This document shows positions 1-10,106 of a stretch of DNA of 41,846 nt, piece by piece. The notes beneath the pieces were generated by a model. The model saw only the letters and a list, made by a program, of their open reading frames with translations, was not told where the DNA came from and did not search any database. Each line of letters starts with the position of its first letter. The stretch's first letter is position 1. The DNA is from an uncultured Bacilli bacterium (lineage in GTDB: Bacteria > Bacillota_I > Bacilli_A > RF39 > UBA660): positions 1 to 41,846 of the forward strand of contig CANQQV010000013.1 in NCBI GenBank assembly GCA_947626095.1, read 5' to 3'. The translations under genes and the position numbers were made by a program.

Positions 1-1
1 T

Positions 2-64
2 ATATCAAAAGGAGGATTAAATGATTACTACGACGCTACCGCTATCATATTCATACCGGCATAG
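2..64 (+). CDS. Possible 3' end of a gene entering from the left (..ISKGGLNDYYDATAIIFIPA*)
   Basis: Frame 2 is open from the window start to TAG at 62-64, which lies inside a terminator hairpin, as many stops in this window do. An alternative reading is a 16-aa ORF at 21-71. Confidence 0.3.
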   Translation: MSKGGLNDYYDATAIIFIPA

Positions 65-129
65 CCGGTAGTTTTTTTGTTTGACCTTAGTGGTCAAACA
101 TAATAAAAAAAATGGAAGTTACCTTCCAT
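54..129. terminator. Cluster of three hairpins between convergent units
   Basis: TACCGGC-ATA-GCCGGTA plus T7 (54-78, + strand terminator); TGTTTGACC-TTAGT-GGTCAAACA (78-100); ATGGAAG-TTAC-CTTCCAT preceded by an A-run (112-129, minus-strand terminator of trmB). Confidence 0.75.
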
Positions 130-133
130 CTAT

Positions 134-772
134 TTAATTTTTAAAACTAGCGTCAACGTAATAAATTGGTCTTCCCTCTTCATAATAACGGCGTTCAAAA
201 TCAGTCATAATATTTGGGATTGGGTTTTCATCATGATGTAGATCTAGACTTACACGATCAAAGACATACCAGTATTGAGATAAGGTTTGTAATGAATAGG
301 CAAAGAATCCTTTATTATCAGTTTTTAGAATAATGTGTTTGTCGCGTTTAAAGATTTTATCATATATTTTTAAATAGTTAACATGAGTAAATCTTTTCTT
401 TTCATCTATTCTTTTTGGCCATGGATCACAGAATGTTAGATAGATAGTATCAATTTCTTTACCAAAGATATTATCTATTTCATGAGCATCATAATTAATT
501 AGTTTTAAATTAGGTAGTTGTTGATTGTTTAAACGATTAACGGCTTTAACCATTTGAGAATCAACGACTTCTAAACCAATAAAATTAATTTTAGGATATG
601 TTTTAGCCATATTAATTATAAAGTCACCACGACCCATACCTAGTTCTAAATGAATGGGATTATTATTACCAAATAAATCATGCCATTTATTTTTATATTG
701 GGTTGGATTATTAACAACATAAGGTGATCTACCAACTATTTTGTCTGCATCTTTTATAACTTTGTATTCCAT
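134..772 (-). CDS. trmB: tRNA (guanine-N7)-methyltransferase TrmB
   Basis: Motifs LELGMGRG, FxDPWPK, LKTDN, IMTDFE. Start moved to ATG 772 (GGAAGTG RBS; extended -10 TGTTATAAT at 793-801). Confidence 0.9.
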   Translation of the reverse strand: MEYKVIKDADKIVGRSPYVVNNPTQYKNKWHDLFGNNNPIHLELGMGRGDFIINMAKTYPKINFIGLEVVDSQMVKAVNRLNNQQLPNLKLINYDAHEIDNIFGKEIDTIYLTFCDPWPKRIDEKKRFTHVNYLKIYDKIFKRDKHIILKTDNKGFFAYSLQTLSQYWYVFDRVSLDLHHDENPIPNIMTDFERRYYEEGRPIYYVDASFKN

Positions 773-813
773 AAGTTCACTTCCTATCGACAATTATAAC
801 ATAAGACTGATAA

Positions 814-1707
814 TTATTTAAATATTTCATCAATTGCAGCACTATAAATGCTTTTTGCTTTATCTTTTCCGTCTGGCATTAGTTCAATAAAGTTTTCCAT
901 CATAACGCCACTATTTACTTCTAGTACTAGTAATTCACCAGTTACTAATTCGATTATATCAACACTGATAAAGTTTAAATCTAGTTCTTTAGCTACTTTC
1001 GTAGCTAATTCTTGAATCTTGGTATTTAGTATTTCGTTAGTACTATAAAAAGGACGAGCTCCTTTAGATAAATTAAATTGCCAGTTATATTCATATTTTT
1101 CATTTGAAGCTAATATTTTATTTAATTCTTCTTTGGGTTTTATCTTATTAAAGTAATAATGGTTAAATTCACATAGTAGTTTGTGAATAGTTTTTATACC
1201 ATCACCAATAATATATGGCTTTTCTTTACCATAAAATAATTTAACTTGTTTATTTAATAAGATAGTACGATATTCATTTTTAATATCATAATATGGTGAA
1301 ATACTAATTGAGTAATGTTTAGATAGTAGTTTATCAATATATAAGAATAAATCAGATTCAGTAGTTGTATGATACATATCATTCCCACAAGTACCAGTAT
1401 TACTTTTAACAACCATATTATAGTTATATTGTTTAGCGTATGTAATTACTTCTTCTTTAGAATAGTTTTTAAAGAGAATATGATATTCAGCAACTGGGAT
1501 ATTTAAGTTTTTTAAGACATCATATAGTGCATACTTATCATCACATATCTGACCTACTACATGGTTATTTAAAGGAAATTTATAACCAATTATGTATTTG
1601 GTTTTATTATCTTTTTGTAAGACCATAACCCAGTCTTTAGAAACATAATTAACTTTAATATTTTTTTCACTACATATTTCATTAAGTAATTTTTGAACAG
1701 GATTCAT
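814..1707 (-). CDS. ATP-grasp ligase (RimK/GshAB/CphA-like)
   Basis: CDDKYALY, VVKSNTGTCGND, EYRT, FNLSKGA, SVDII and LEVNSG match ATP-grasp motifs. Confidence 0.8.
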   Translation of the reverse strand: MNPVQKLLNEICSEKNIKVNYVSKDWVMVLQKDNKTKYIIGYKFPLNNHVVGQICDDKYALYDVLKNLNIPVAEYHILFKNYSKEEVITYAKQYNYNMVVKSNTGTCGNDMYHTTTESDLFLYIDKLLSKHYSISISPYYDIKNEYRTILLNKQVKLFYGKEKPYIIGDGIKTIHKLLCEFNHYYFNKIKPKEELNKILASNEKYEYNWQFNLSKGARPFYSTNEILNTKIQELATKVAKELDLNFISVDIIELVTGELLVLEVNSGVMMENFIELMPDGKDKAKSIYSAAIDEIFK

Positions 1708-1798
1708 TCTAACACTTCCATTCGCTAAAAAAAAGACAATGATGTCTTTTAATTAAATCGTTTATATTGTAACATATAAAAGTTATTTTTTAAAATTA

Positions 1799-2881
1799 TT
1801 ATTTTTTTAAAATCCAAGTTAAGCCATTATCATTACTAATAAAAATTAATTCCTTGTCTTCATAATTTTGATTATCAGATTTTTTTTGATGAAGAGAACT
1901 TCTTATAGTTAGAATATCTTGGTTATAGTATGGTCCTTCTTCAATAGTAAGAAAATCAACTTGGTTATTGATATATTTAAATTCAGCTGATCTAAATTTT
2001 CTTCCTCCGTCATTGGTAACGTAAAGACTAGTTGAGTTATTTAACATTATTAGATTATTCACAGATACAAAGCCTAAATTTTCATCTAAAAATGTAAACT
2101 TAGCATAAGGTTCAACTTTAAGAACTTTGTTTGTAACTACATAAAAATTATGACCATTATCTCGACTTATTAAAACATTGACTAATCTTTCTTGATTATT
2201 AGAATCATCAATTATTTGACCAAAACGAAGAATATTATTGCCAAACTTTTTTTCATAAAGAACTTCCTCTACTGAAGGTAAAGAATAATCATGATTAATC
2301 TCAGGATTAGAATTATTTTCAATTCCAACTATTTTACCAGAAGCATTTGTAAAATAAGCTTCTTTAACTTTATTTCTTATATTACCTTTTTCATCATAAT
2401 ATGTATAAGTTACTTCTTTAGGTTTATAAGATTTATTATATGGATCATAGCTACCTTGACCAAAATAACCACTTACTTTTAAAGTTGAGCCTTTAAAGAT
2501 TGAACCATAATAATCATAATATAAAACAGTAGTTTGTTTAAATGAATGAACTTCAGCTAGATAAGTAGTATCTTTTAAAGTAACAACATGCTCAGGAATA
2601 TAAGAAAAAACTAAAATAAGATAAATAATAGGACATAATAATATTGACACTAAAATTAATGAAGAAATTATAGCAGCAACTTTTGTTTTATTTCTAAGAA
2701 AGATTTGAATTAAACCAATAAGAAAGAAGATAAATAAAATAAGTAAAATAAACATAAAAGGTATATACCTAAATTTAATATTAAATAAAGATAAAATTAT
2801 ATTTAAAATTATAAAACATACGAAAATTAAAACATCTAAGATAATAATATTATGGGTAACTTTATGTAATAATTTTTTCAT
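1799..2881 (-). CDS. Membrane protein, 3 N-terminal TM helices and Asp-box (BNR) repeats
   Basis: Hydrophobic N-terminus; ISRDNGHNF, VTNDGGRKF and ISNDNGLTW fit the SxDxGxTW-like Asp box. ATG 2881 preferred as start. Confidence 0.7.
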   Translation of the reverse strand: MKKLLHKVTHNIIILDVLIFVCFIILNIILSLFNIKFRYIPFMFILLILFIFFLIGLIQIFLRNKTKVAAIISSLILVSILLCPIIYLILVFSYIPEHVVTLKDTTYLAEVHSFKQTTVLYYDYYGSIFKGSTLKVSGYFGQGSYDPYNKSYKPKEVTYTYYDEKGNIRNKVKEAYFTNASGKIVGIENNSNPEINHDYSLPSVEEVLYEKKFGNNILRFGQIIDDSNNQERLVNVLISRDNGHNFYVVTNKVLKVEPYAKFTFLDENLGFVSVNNLIMLNNSTSLYVTNDGGRKFRSAEFKYINNQVDFLTIEEGPYYNQDILTIRSSLHQKKSDNQNYEDKELIFISNDNGLTWILKK

Positions 2882-2908
2882 TATTTCCACCGTTTAAATT
2901 ATATCACT

Positions 2909-4033
2909 TTATTCTTCAATAGGTTGTTCTTTTGCAAATTCCCAAGTTAAACCATTATTATTAGTTGTAAAGATCCAATCGACTTTTTCAAGGGTATTAT
3001 CGACATGTCGATAAACTAAACATTTTAATTTTAAATATCCATCTTCAAGATATGGAACGTCATAAATACCAATATAATAAACATTAGTATCATATAATAA
3101 TGTTCCTGTTGTAAATGTTTTACCACCATCTTGACTAACATATATATCAATATTTTTGGTACTATCCATTGATGTGTTAGGTACGACAAAACTTAAGTTT
3201 TCATCAATAAAGTTAATTTGTGAAGCACTATTTAATGATAAACTATCTTTTTCAGTTACAATATTGAAGGTTTTACCATTATCTTCACTAGCAATTACTC
3301 TCACTAATAATCTTTGACCTAAGGCATAGTCTAAAACAGCATATCTTAGGATTTTATTAGCAAATCTTTTTTCGTATAAGACTTCACAATCAGCTAAAGT
3401 ACGAGGTTTTTCTTCATTATTATAATTTTCTTTCTTTTCAGGATATATTTTTTGACGGTCGGTGATAATTTGATTTTCATTGTAATGAATTTCTTCTACT
3501 TTTAAAAGTAAATTATTTGAATCATAATAATAGTATTTTACATAAAAAGGATTAGTGTATTTTTCGGTATTAAAATGAACTTTTTCGCTTTGGTAGTCAG
3601 CAACTATTTTAACATTATTGCCCATAATAAAGAGGTTTTTATATTCATAAAATTCAATAACGGATTCATTATTATCTTTAATATAGACAATATATTGTTT
3701 ATCGTCAAATATCATATAATACTCTTTATGAAAACTAAAGGTATGATTAAAAAGACAAAAGAAAATTATATAATATAAGAGAATAACTCCGACTAAAGCT
3801 AGTGAAATAATACTTGTAATAAGGATATAAGATTTTGTCTCTTTATCAAATATAAGTTTTAGATTACCAATGATAAAGAAAATTAGAATTAGAAAGCTAA
3901 TTAAGAGGAATAACCATAATCTTAATTTTAAATCATTTAAATATAGAATAAAGTTTAAAGTAAAGAAAATAACAAAAGCAAGTAGATCATATTTTATAAT
4001 ATTTATTTTTTTTAATTTGTTTAATATACTCAT
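2909..4033 (-). CDS. Paralogous membrane protein with Asp-box repeats
   Basis: Same architecture as 1799-2881: EVLYEK(K/R)F, ASEDNGKTF, VSQDGGKTF, TTNNNGLTW. ATG 4033 follows AGGTGA. Confidence 0.7.
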   Translation of the reverse strand: MSILNKLKKINIIKYDLLAFVIFFTLNFILYLNDLKLRLWLFLLISFLILIFFIIGNLKLIFDKETKSYILITSIISLALVGVILLYYIIFFCLFNHTFSFHKEYYMIFDDKQYIVYIKDNNESVIEFYEYKNLFIMGNNVKIVADYQSEKVHFNTEKYTNPFYVKYYYYDSNNLLLKVEEIHYNENQIITDRQKIYPEKKENYNNEEKPRTLADCEVLYEKRFANKILRYAVLDYALGQRLLVRVIASEDNGKTFNIVTEKDSLSLNSASQINFIDENLSFVVPNTSMDSTKNIDIYVSQDGGKTFTTGTLLYDTNVYYIGIYDVPYLEDGYLKLKCLVYRHVDNTLEKVDWIFTTNNNGLTWEFAKEQPIEE

Positions 4034-4042
4034 TATTATCAC

Positions 4043-5047
4043 CTACTTTAAAATTATACTATCACTATATTTTGCTAAGTAATTATCATTTAAAACTAAA
4101 GAGATGCCATCAATAGTAAAGGTTGACTCTTGAGGAACTTTAATATTTTCAGAAGTTTTAGCTAGTGTTTTACGATTATAAGTTAAAATATTATTTTCGA
4201 TAGTATAAGTTCCATTTGATATTTCAATGGTTTCATCATTATTATTTTTATCTTTAGCAGTAACAACTAAATTAGCATTATATGTATTTTTTCCTTCGAT
4301 ATCGCCATAGATAGAAAAATAAAGTTCTATATTATCTGATTTATATTGATATGTTTTAAATGAAGTTTTTTCTTTATATTTTTCGTATTGATAGGTATTA
4401 CAGTATTGGCCGTTTTTTATGTGATAATTAATGGTATTATAAAGAAGATTACTAGTAACGCTATAATCAATTATAGTTATATCACTTACCGGGTCATAAT
4501 AATAAGTTGTATTTTTACAGTTAATATGTTCTAACTTATTAACATAGTCTTTAGCTTCACTTAGTAAAACATAACGACTTCTAAAACTTTTATAAGAATA
4601 ACTATCTTCAATGTTTTGCATGAAGAAGGAAAATTTAGGGACACCTAAATCAATTATCTTATTATCGTTATAATTATATATTTCATGTTTAATGGTATAA
4701 CCAAAAGGATATAGTTTAAATAAAATAATAAAGATTATTATAATAATTATCAATGAGGAATAAAATATTTTATTTCTAAATTGTTTTTTAATTTTTATTC
4801 TTTCATTTTGAACTATTTCTTCAAGATTAAGGTTTTTCTTCTTTTGGATTTGTAAAATATTATAAATATCTGTATCAAGAATATCAGCTAGTTTTTCTAA
4901 AATAGAAATATCTGGAAGGCTTAAACCTCTTTCCCACTTACTCACTGCTTTATCTGTAACAAATAATTTATCTCCTAATTCTTGTTGGGTTAAACCTTTT
5001 TTCTTACGTAGTTCGGAAATGTTTTTACCAACTTTAATAATATCCAT
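4043..5047 (-). CDS. Membrane-anchored XRE-family HTH regulator with extracellular C-terminal domain
   Basis: LRKKKGLTQQELGDKLFVTDKAVSKWERGLSLPD, then a single TM helix. Confidence 0.85.
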   Translation of the reverse strand: MDIIKVGKNISELRKKKGLTQQELGDKLFVTDKAVSKWERGLSLPDISILEKLADILDTDIYNILQIQKKKNLNLEEIVQNERIKIKKQFRNKIFYSSLIIIIIIFIILFKLYPFGYTIKHEIYNYNDNKIIDLGVPKFSFFMQNIEDSYSYKSFRSRYVLLSEAKDYVNKLEHINCKNTTYYYDPVSDITIIDYSVTSNLLYNTINYHIKNGQYCNTYQYEKYKEKTSFKTYQYKSDNIELYFSIYGDIEGKNTYNANLVVTAKDKNNNDETIEISNGTYTIENNILTYNRKTLAKTSENIKVPQESTFTIDGISLVLNDNYLAKYSDSIILK

Positions 5048-5121
5048 ACTTCTCGCCTCATCGTAATTATATTATAAATTAGAAATATTTTAAATCGACT
5101 GTTAGTTTACATTAATTTAAT

Positions 5122-5147
5122 AAAAAAAAGAGTATTGATTACTCTTT
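5122..5147 (-). terminator. Intrinsic terminator overlapping a stop codon
   Basis: AAAGAGTA-TTGAT-TACTCTTT with adjacent A-run (U-tract on the minus strand). Confidence 0.7.
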
Positions 5148-6153
5148 ACATTTTAGGTGCTGATGAATCTGGAATTGGTTCTTTTACAATTTCCATCATT
5201 ATACCTCTTTTTTCATTATCTATTACATATTTAGCAAATTCTTTTTTATTACCATTATTATCCATTAAAGACAAGAAAGTACTTATATCAATTTCGTCAA
5301 TGTAAAATCTTTGACGAGCAAGAGAAATACTTTCACTCATATTGGGATATATTACATAGTGACCTTCAGTTGCTTTGCCACTTATAACGACTTCTTTATC
5401 CGGATTTTCTTTATAAGCTAATAAATCAACACAGTAAATATAGTCTAAACAATATAAGAAAAAAGCAAAATCATATTGTAACTTATATTTTTCTTTTGCA
5501 AGATTATATTTGGCTTCTAGGTCTTTTAAGCCTTCATTATTTTTATACATATAATTAATTTTAACAAAGTAATCTTTAGAAACACCTAATAGAATAGCTA
5601 ATTTAGTTAGTTCACAGTCGTACATTTCATAATTATGTAAGTTTGAAATAACTGTACCACCTTTTAACATACGAAGATTTTCTGAAGGTATTTCTCGTTC
5701 AGGGAAAGTTATATTATGAATTTTAGAATAAATTTTTTCAGCAATATATTGAGTTTGAGCTTCCATAATTAAACGACCTATATCGTAACTTTGATTTATA
5801 CCTACTTCGTCATTTAAAGGATTAGTTTGAACTGCATGATGAAGTTCATGATAAATAGTTATTTCTCTTAATGGTTCTCCTAAATTATCTCTAATATAAA
5901 TTGTTTTAGTTTCGGGATCACAATAACCTTTAGCATCTAATCCGTTTTCTTTGGCTACTCGATGATTTTCATCATAAAATTCAATTTTATTAGCATAAGT
6001 TAAGGCATTTTCAATCAATTCTTCTAAACTAACACTGTCAGGAATTAAATCTTCTTCTAAAACAACACAGAAATAATTTAAATAATAATTTAAAGTTAAG
6101 CTATCAACTTCGGGATTCTTTTGTAAAATAATTTCTTTAATTTTTTCACGCAT
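5146..6153 (-). CDS. Putative zinc metallopeptidase (HExxH; ImmA/IrrE-like or gluzincin)
   Basis: KGYCD..KTIYI, then IYHELHHAVQ and a downstream E in IMEAQTQY. No signal peptide. Confidence 0.6.
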   Translation of the reverse strand: MREKIKEIILQKNPEVDSLTLNYYLNYFCVVLEEDLIPDSVSLEELIENALTYANKIEFYDENHRVAKENGLDAKGYCDPETKTIYIRDNLGEPLREITIYHELHHAVQTNPLNDEVGINQSYDIGRLIMEAQTQYIAEKIYSKIHNITFPEREIPSENLRMLKGGTVISNLHNYEMYDCELTKLAILLGVSKDYFVKINYMYKNNEGLKDLEAKYNLAKEKYKLQYDFAFFLYCLDYIYCVDLLAYKENPDKEVVISGKATEGHYVIYPNMSESISLARQRFYIDEIDISTFLSLMDNNGNKKEFAKYVIDNEKRGIMMEIVKEPIPDSSAPKM

Positions 6154-6181
6154 ATTTTCACGACCTTACTAAAATTTATTA

Positions 6182-6850
6182 TTACCAATATTTTCCATGA
6201 TAATATGTATTATTTTCTAATTCATTATAATAGTCGATGTCTTCTTGACGACTTTGATGATTTTGTCTTTGCTGCTCTTTTAATTGTTCTTCAATATTTT
6301 TATTTTCGTCAGGATTATCGTTATCATCATCATTATCATCATCTTTACCATCATCACTATCATCATCTTTACCTGATTCTATTTGCTCTTCTAACTTTTT
6401 AATTTCTTCTTCTAACTCTTCAGCTTTACTACTCTTTCCATTATCATCGTCTTCGGATGCACAATTATCTTCATATAAAATATTTTTAGCTTTTTTTAAA
6501 ATACTTAAAGCTTCTTCAGGCTTGGTTTCATTAATTGTTTTAATATAAGATAAAGATAAATTAATTCTGATATCACAGACACGATCTTCTTTGGGATGTT
6601 TAGTTAAAGAAGTTTCATATTTAGTAATAGCTTCATCATATCTTTCTAAACGATATAATAAATTACCATGATTATAATAAACGATATATGGTTCATTAAT
6701 ATTTAAAAAATATAAAGTATTAATTAAGTTATTGTCATATTTATTATTTTCATAATCTTTAATAATTATTTCATTAAAGAAATATGTAGAACCTAGTTTA
6801 AGGAGAATTAAAGATAAAAAGATAATAATAATTAGTATAATCTTTTTCAT
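6182..6850 (-). CDS. TPR protein with acidic linker (BatC-like)
   Basis: N-terminal TM; YYNHGNLLYRLERYDEAITKY TPR; Asp-rich tract; last gene of the MoxR/VWA operon. Confidence 0.75.
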   Translation of the reverse strand: MKKIILIIIIFLSLILLKLGSTYFFNEIIIKDYENNKYDNNLINTLYFLNINEPYIVYYNHGNLLYRLERYDEAITKYETSLTKHPKEDRVCDIRINLSLSYIKTINETKPEEALSILKKAKNILYEDNCASEDDDNGKSSKAEELEEEIKKLEEQIESGKDDDSDDGKDDDNDDDNDNPDENKNIEEQLKEQQRQNHQSRQEDIDYYNELENNTYYHGKYW

Positions 6851-7794
6851 AAGCTCCTCCTTTTATATTCATTATATAGTAAGAATAGTAAGATTAATAA
6901 AGGAATAGTAAAGATATAGTATATATCTGTATATGATGAGATATCTGATTCTGTTCCAGTTGTATTTATTGATTTTTTGACTTTTTTTAAGGTTTTATCT
7001 ATATTACTTTGTTTGTTCATGTAAACATAATCAACACCTAGATCTTTAGCAATATCTTCTAAGTTATCTTCATCTAATTTAGAGATGGCTTTTTTATATG
7101 GCCAAGTTGAAGTATCTTCAACATATTTTATTTCATTACTATAACCATCATTTTGTTTCATATATCCACCATCTGTAGTTCCATAGCCTAGAACAGCTCC
7201 ATCATCAATGTATTCTTTTAAATCACTAAAGGATTTTAAACGTGAATCATCAGTTATTTCGCCATCACTAATAAAGAAGACTATTTTCTTACGTTTATTA
7301 TCTTGGTTATTTTTTAAGATACTTTCCATATCGTTATGAGGCGTATTAAGTGATGAACCTTTAGCATAGTAACTAACCATTGGCTGTAAAATATCAATTG
7401 ACTCATTGACAATATTATTATCAAAAGTAAATGGTATATCTATTTTAGAGGAATTATTAAAAGTGATTAAAGCAAAACGAGCTCCAGATAATTCTCTAAT
7501 AATATAAGAGCAATCCTCTTTAACGGCGTTTATTCTTTCTGAATTATTTGAACTGTAATCTTCAGCATACATACTTATTGTATTATCAACAACAAATAAG
7601 ACATCTAAGTCATTAACAATGATATTAGAATTGCCAGAAGAAAACATTGGACGAAGATTGATTATAAATAATAAAATAATAATAAAAATCTCATAAATAG
7701 TTACTCTACTCTTTTTCGTAATAAGAACAATGATAATTAAAAAGATGGAAATAGGCAACATAAGCCAGATAGGAATTATAGGGAATAATCTCAT
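6847..7794 (-). CDS. VWA-domain membrane protein (BatB-like)
   Basis: MIDAS motif DNTISM, FFISDGE, GYGTTDGG; N- and C-terminal TMs. Confidence 0.85.
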   Translation of the reverse strand: MRLFPIIPIWLMLPISIFLIIIVLITKKSRVTIYEIFIIILLFIINLRPMFSSGNSNIIVNDLDVLFVVDNTISMYAEDYSSNNSERINAVKEDCSYIIRELSGARFALITFNNSSKIDIPFTFDNNIVNESIDILQPMVSYYAKGSSLNTPHNDMESILKNNQDNKRKKIVFFISDGEITDDSRLKSFSDLKEYIDDGAVLGYGTTDGGYMKQNDGYSNEIKYVEDTSTWPYKKAISKLDEDNLEDIAKDLGVDYVYMNKQSNIDKTLKKVKKSINTTGTESDISSYTDIYYIFTIPLLILLFLLYNEYKRRSL

Positions 7795-8795
7795 GATATC
7801 ACCTTCTTACTTAATAGAATTAAAGTAAAGATGGAAACTAATAAAATAACAAAAGGAATAGTTGGCGTATCAACTTCTTTACGTTGAGATTCTTTTTTGA
7901 TCAATGATTTACTAGTTTTTTCAATATCATTAACTATATTTTTAACTGAGGATGTTGTGGCATCATAATACTTACCATTAGTTGTGGCAACAGCTTTTTG
8001 ATAGTTTTCTTTTTCTTTGACAAATTCTGGACCTAAACCATAAACTATAACTTTTTCCTTTTTACTTATAGTAGCAGCTTCATCTAAAGTTAATAATGGA
8101 GTACCAGCTAGAGCATTATCAGTAGTAAAGATAATAATTCTAGTACGATCTTCCTCTAAATTAGAAAAACTATAAACACATGATGCTAGGCCATCACCAA
8201 TTAATGAAGAACCTTTCTTATCATTACCCTCTAAAGTACCACTATTAATATAATTAACGGTAGTTAAATAATCATCTTTTTCAAAGATATTCATATTACG
8301 ATCATTACTATATTCAATGGCTTTTTTTATCTTTTTTAATGAATCAGTTACATAGTTATAATCATCAGTTAACGGAACTAATAAAACAGATGAAGTATTA
8401 AAGATGGAAATACCGAATCTTTCCCCTTTTAGTGATGATACTGTTTCAATTAAATTATCAACTAATTCATAGTTTAATTCATCTACTGAAGCTGAGACAT
8501 CCATACATAAAAAGATATCACGATTATATTCTTCATCCGTGGTTATTTCAACATTATATGGTCTAGCAAGTAAAAGGCAGGAAATAAGCATAGCTATAAG
8601 GCAAAATATTTTAGATGATAATAAAATAACTTTATAAAGTTTCACTCTTTTTTTAAAGTATGGTAACTCTTTGACAAATGAAGTATTAGCAACTTTAGTT
8701 CCATCTTTATAAGAGGTTTTTCTCGTTTTTAAAATGATGGCAATAACAATAATAATTAGACCAATTATTAGGATATATGGGTATCTCATTTCCAT
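7791..8795 (-). CDS. VWA-domain membrane protein (BatA-like)
   Basis: LLARP, MIDAS motif DVSAS, PLTDDY, IGDGL, FTTDN. Confidence 0.85.
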   Translation of the reverse strand: MEMRYPYILIIGLIIIVIAIILKTRKTSYKDGTKVANTSFVKELPYFKKRVKLYKVILLSSKIFCLIAMLISCLLLARPYNVEITTDEEYNRDIFLCMDVSASVDELNYELVDNLIETVSSLKGERFGISIFNTSSVLLVPLTDDYNYVTDSLKKIKKAIEYSNDRNMNIFEKDDYLTTVNYINSGTLEGNDKKGSSLIGDGLASCVYSFSNLEEDRTRIIIFTTDNALAGTPLLTLDEAATISKKEKVIVYGLGPEFVKEKENYQKAVATTNGKYYDATTSSVKNIVNDIEKTSKSLIKKESQRKEVDTPTIPFVILLVSIFTLILLSKKVIS

Positions 8796-9247
8796 CTGGC
8801 AACTACCTCTCTTGTCTTGGTTATAGAAGAGATAATATCTCCTTTAGAATCTTTAGCAAATTCAGGATGGTAATATTCTTCAACTAAAGTTGATAATATA
8901 GGAAGGTTAAGAGTTTTAATATCACTTAAAGTGCAGTTTTGAACTTTAATACCAGTTACTTCATAAACAAAGTTTCTAATTAACTTACTCAATTTTTGAT
9001 AAGCCAAGCGAAGACTTATTTTATTTTCATTAACAGCTATTAAAAGATTATTTATCTCTTGTAAATATTTATTTTTTATATCATTAATATTTGGTGGTCT
9101 TACAATAGTAATTTGTTGGACTGGTTTAGGTTTACGATTTAGAATGATAAGAACAATTGATAAAATAACAATAAGAATGATTATAAAAATAATTAATGGT
9201 AAAAAAGAATAAGAAAACATATCTTGTAAATCAAGAGAAGTTGGCAT
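8786..9247 (-). CDS. Single-TM protein of the MoxR/VWA operon
   Basis: TM plus helical domain, overlapping both neighbours; usual position between DUF58 and VWA genes. Confidence 0.65.
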   Translation of the reverse strand: MPTSLDLQDMFSYSFLPLIIFIIILIVILSIVLIILNRKPKPVQQITIVRPPNINDIKNKYLQEINNLLIAVNENKISLRLAYQKLSKLIRNFVYEVTGIKVQNCTLSDIKTLNLPILSTLVEEYYHPEFAKDSKGDIISSITKTREVVARWK

Positions 9248-10106
9248 ACTTGTGACTTTCTAATAATTCAATTATTTTAGGGTTTATTTCTTGTAAACTA
9301 GAAATAGTTACTAAACATATTTTATTTTTTCTTAATCTTTCTTTATTATATTTATAGATTTGTTCTTTTGTTTCTTTTTCCATTTTATTCAACTTCTTAT
9401 CTTTTAAAAGCATTGTAGGAATATATTCACTACTATCTAAATCAAAAATATTTTCACCAAACATATAAGCATCATTAATATTAATAAATAAAACATCATT
9501 TTGCATACTTAATTCTTTAAGTGTTTTATCTGTTATAGAGTTCATACCTTTTAAATCCGTAATAACAAAAATAATCATTTTCTTTTTGATATTACGCGTT
9601 ATAAAATGAAGAGTTTTTTCTAAACCTTCGTTATTAACTATAAGAGCATTTTTATCATATTCAGTTAGATATTCTTCTAGATTATATAAGTTATATTTAA
9701 ATTTTTTAAATATAATATTATCGTTTTGTTTATAGAGCATACCTATATAGTCATTGTTTTTTATAGCTAAATAACCTAATGTTCCAGCAGCGTATAAAGC
9801 AATATCTTTTTTTAAATCTTGATGATCTGTTTGACCATTCATTTTAATTCCGGTATCCATAACAAATAAGATATTATGTTTCTTTTCGGCAATGTACTGT
9901 TTAACTAATAATGTATTATTACGCGTTGATGATTTCCAATCGATATCTTTAATATCATCATTAATAACGTATTCTCTTAAGTTTTCAAAGTTCATACTTT
10001 TACCACGATAGACAGATTTGTAAGTTCCATCTAGAATGTTATAAGTTTTACGATTAGAAAAGATTGAAATATTAGCTCTTATCTTATTTATATATTTTAA
10101 GTTCAT
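9231..10106 (-). CDS. DUF58 domain protein
   Basis: GKSMNFENLREYVINDDIKDIDWKSSTR is the DUF58 signature. Confidence 0.9.
   Translation of the reverse strand: MNLKYINKIRANISIFSNRKTYNILDGTYKSVYRGKSMNFENLREYVINDDIKDIDWKSSTRNNTLLVKQYIAEKKHNILFVMDTGIKMNGQTDHQDLKKDIALYAAGTLGYLAIKNNDYIGMLYKQNDNIIFKKFKYNLYNLEEYLTEYDKNALIVNNEGLEKTLHFITRNIKKKMIIFVITDLKGMNSITDKTLKELSMQNDVLFININDAYMFGENIFDLDSSEYIPTMLLKDKKLNKMEKETKEQIYKYNKERLRKNKICLVTISSLQEINPKIIELLESHKYANFS

Noticed and set aside
54-70. IS200/REP-like hairpin
   Set aside because: Single copy, no TnpA nearby; followed by a T-run, so better explained as a terminator.
6310-6372. ATC/TCA trinucleotide-like repeat
   Set aside because: Encodes the Asp-rich linker of the TPR protein; imperfect, and not a contingency locus.
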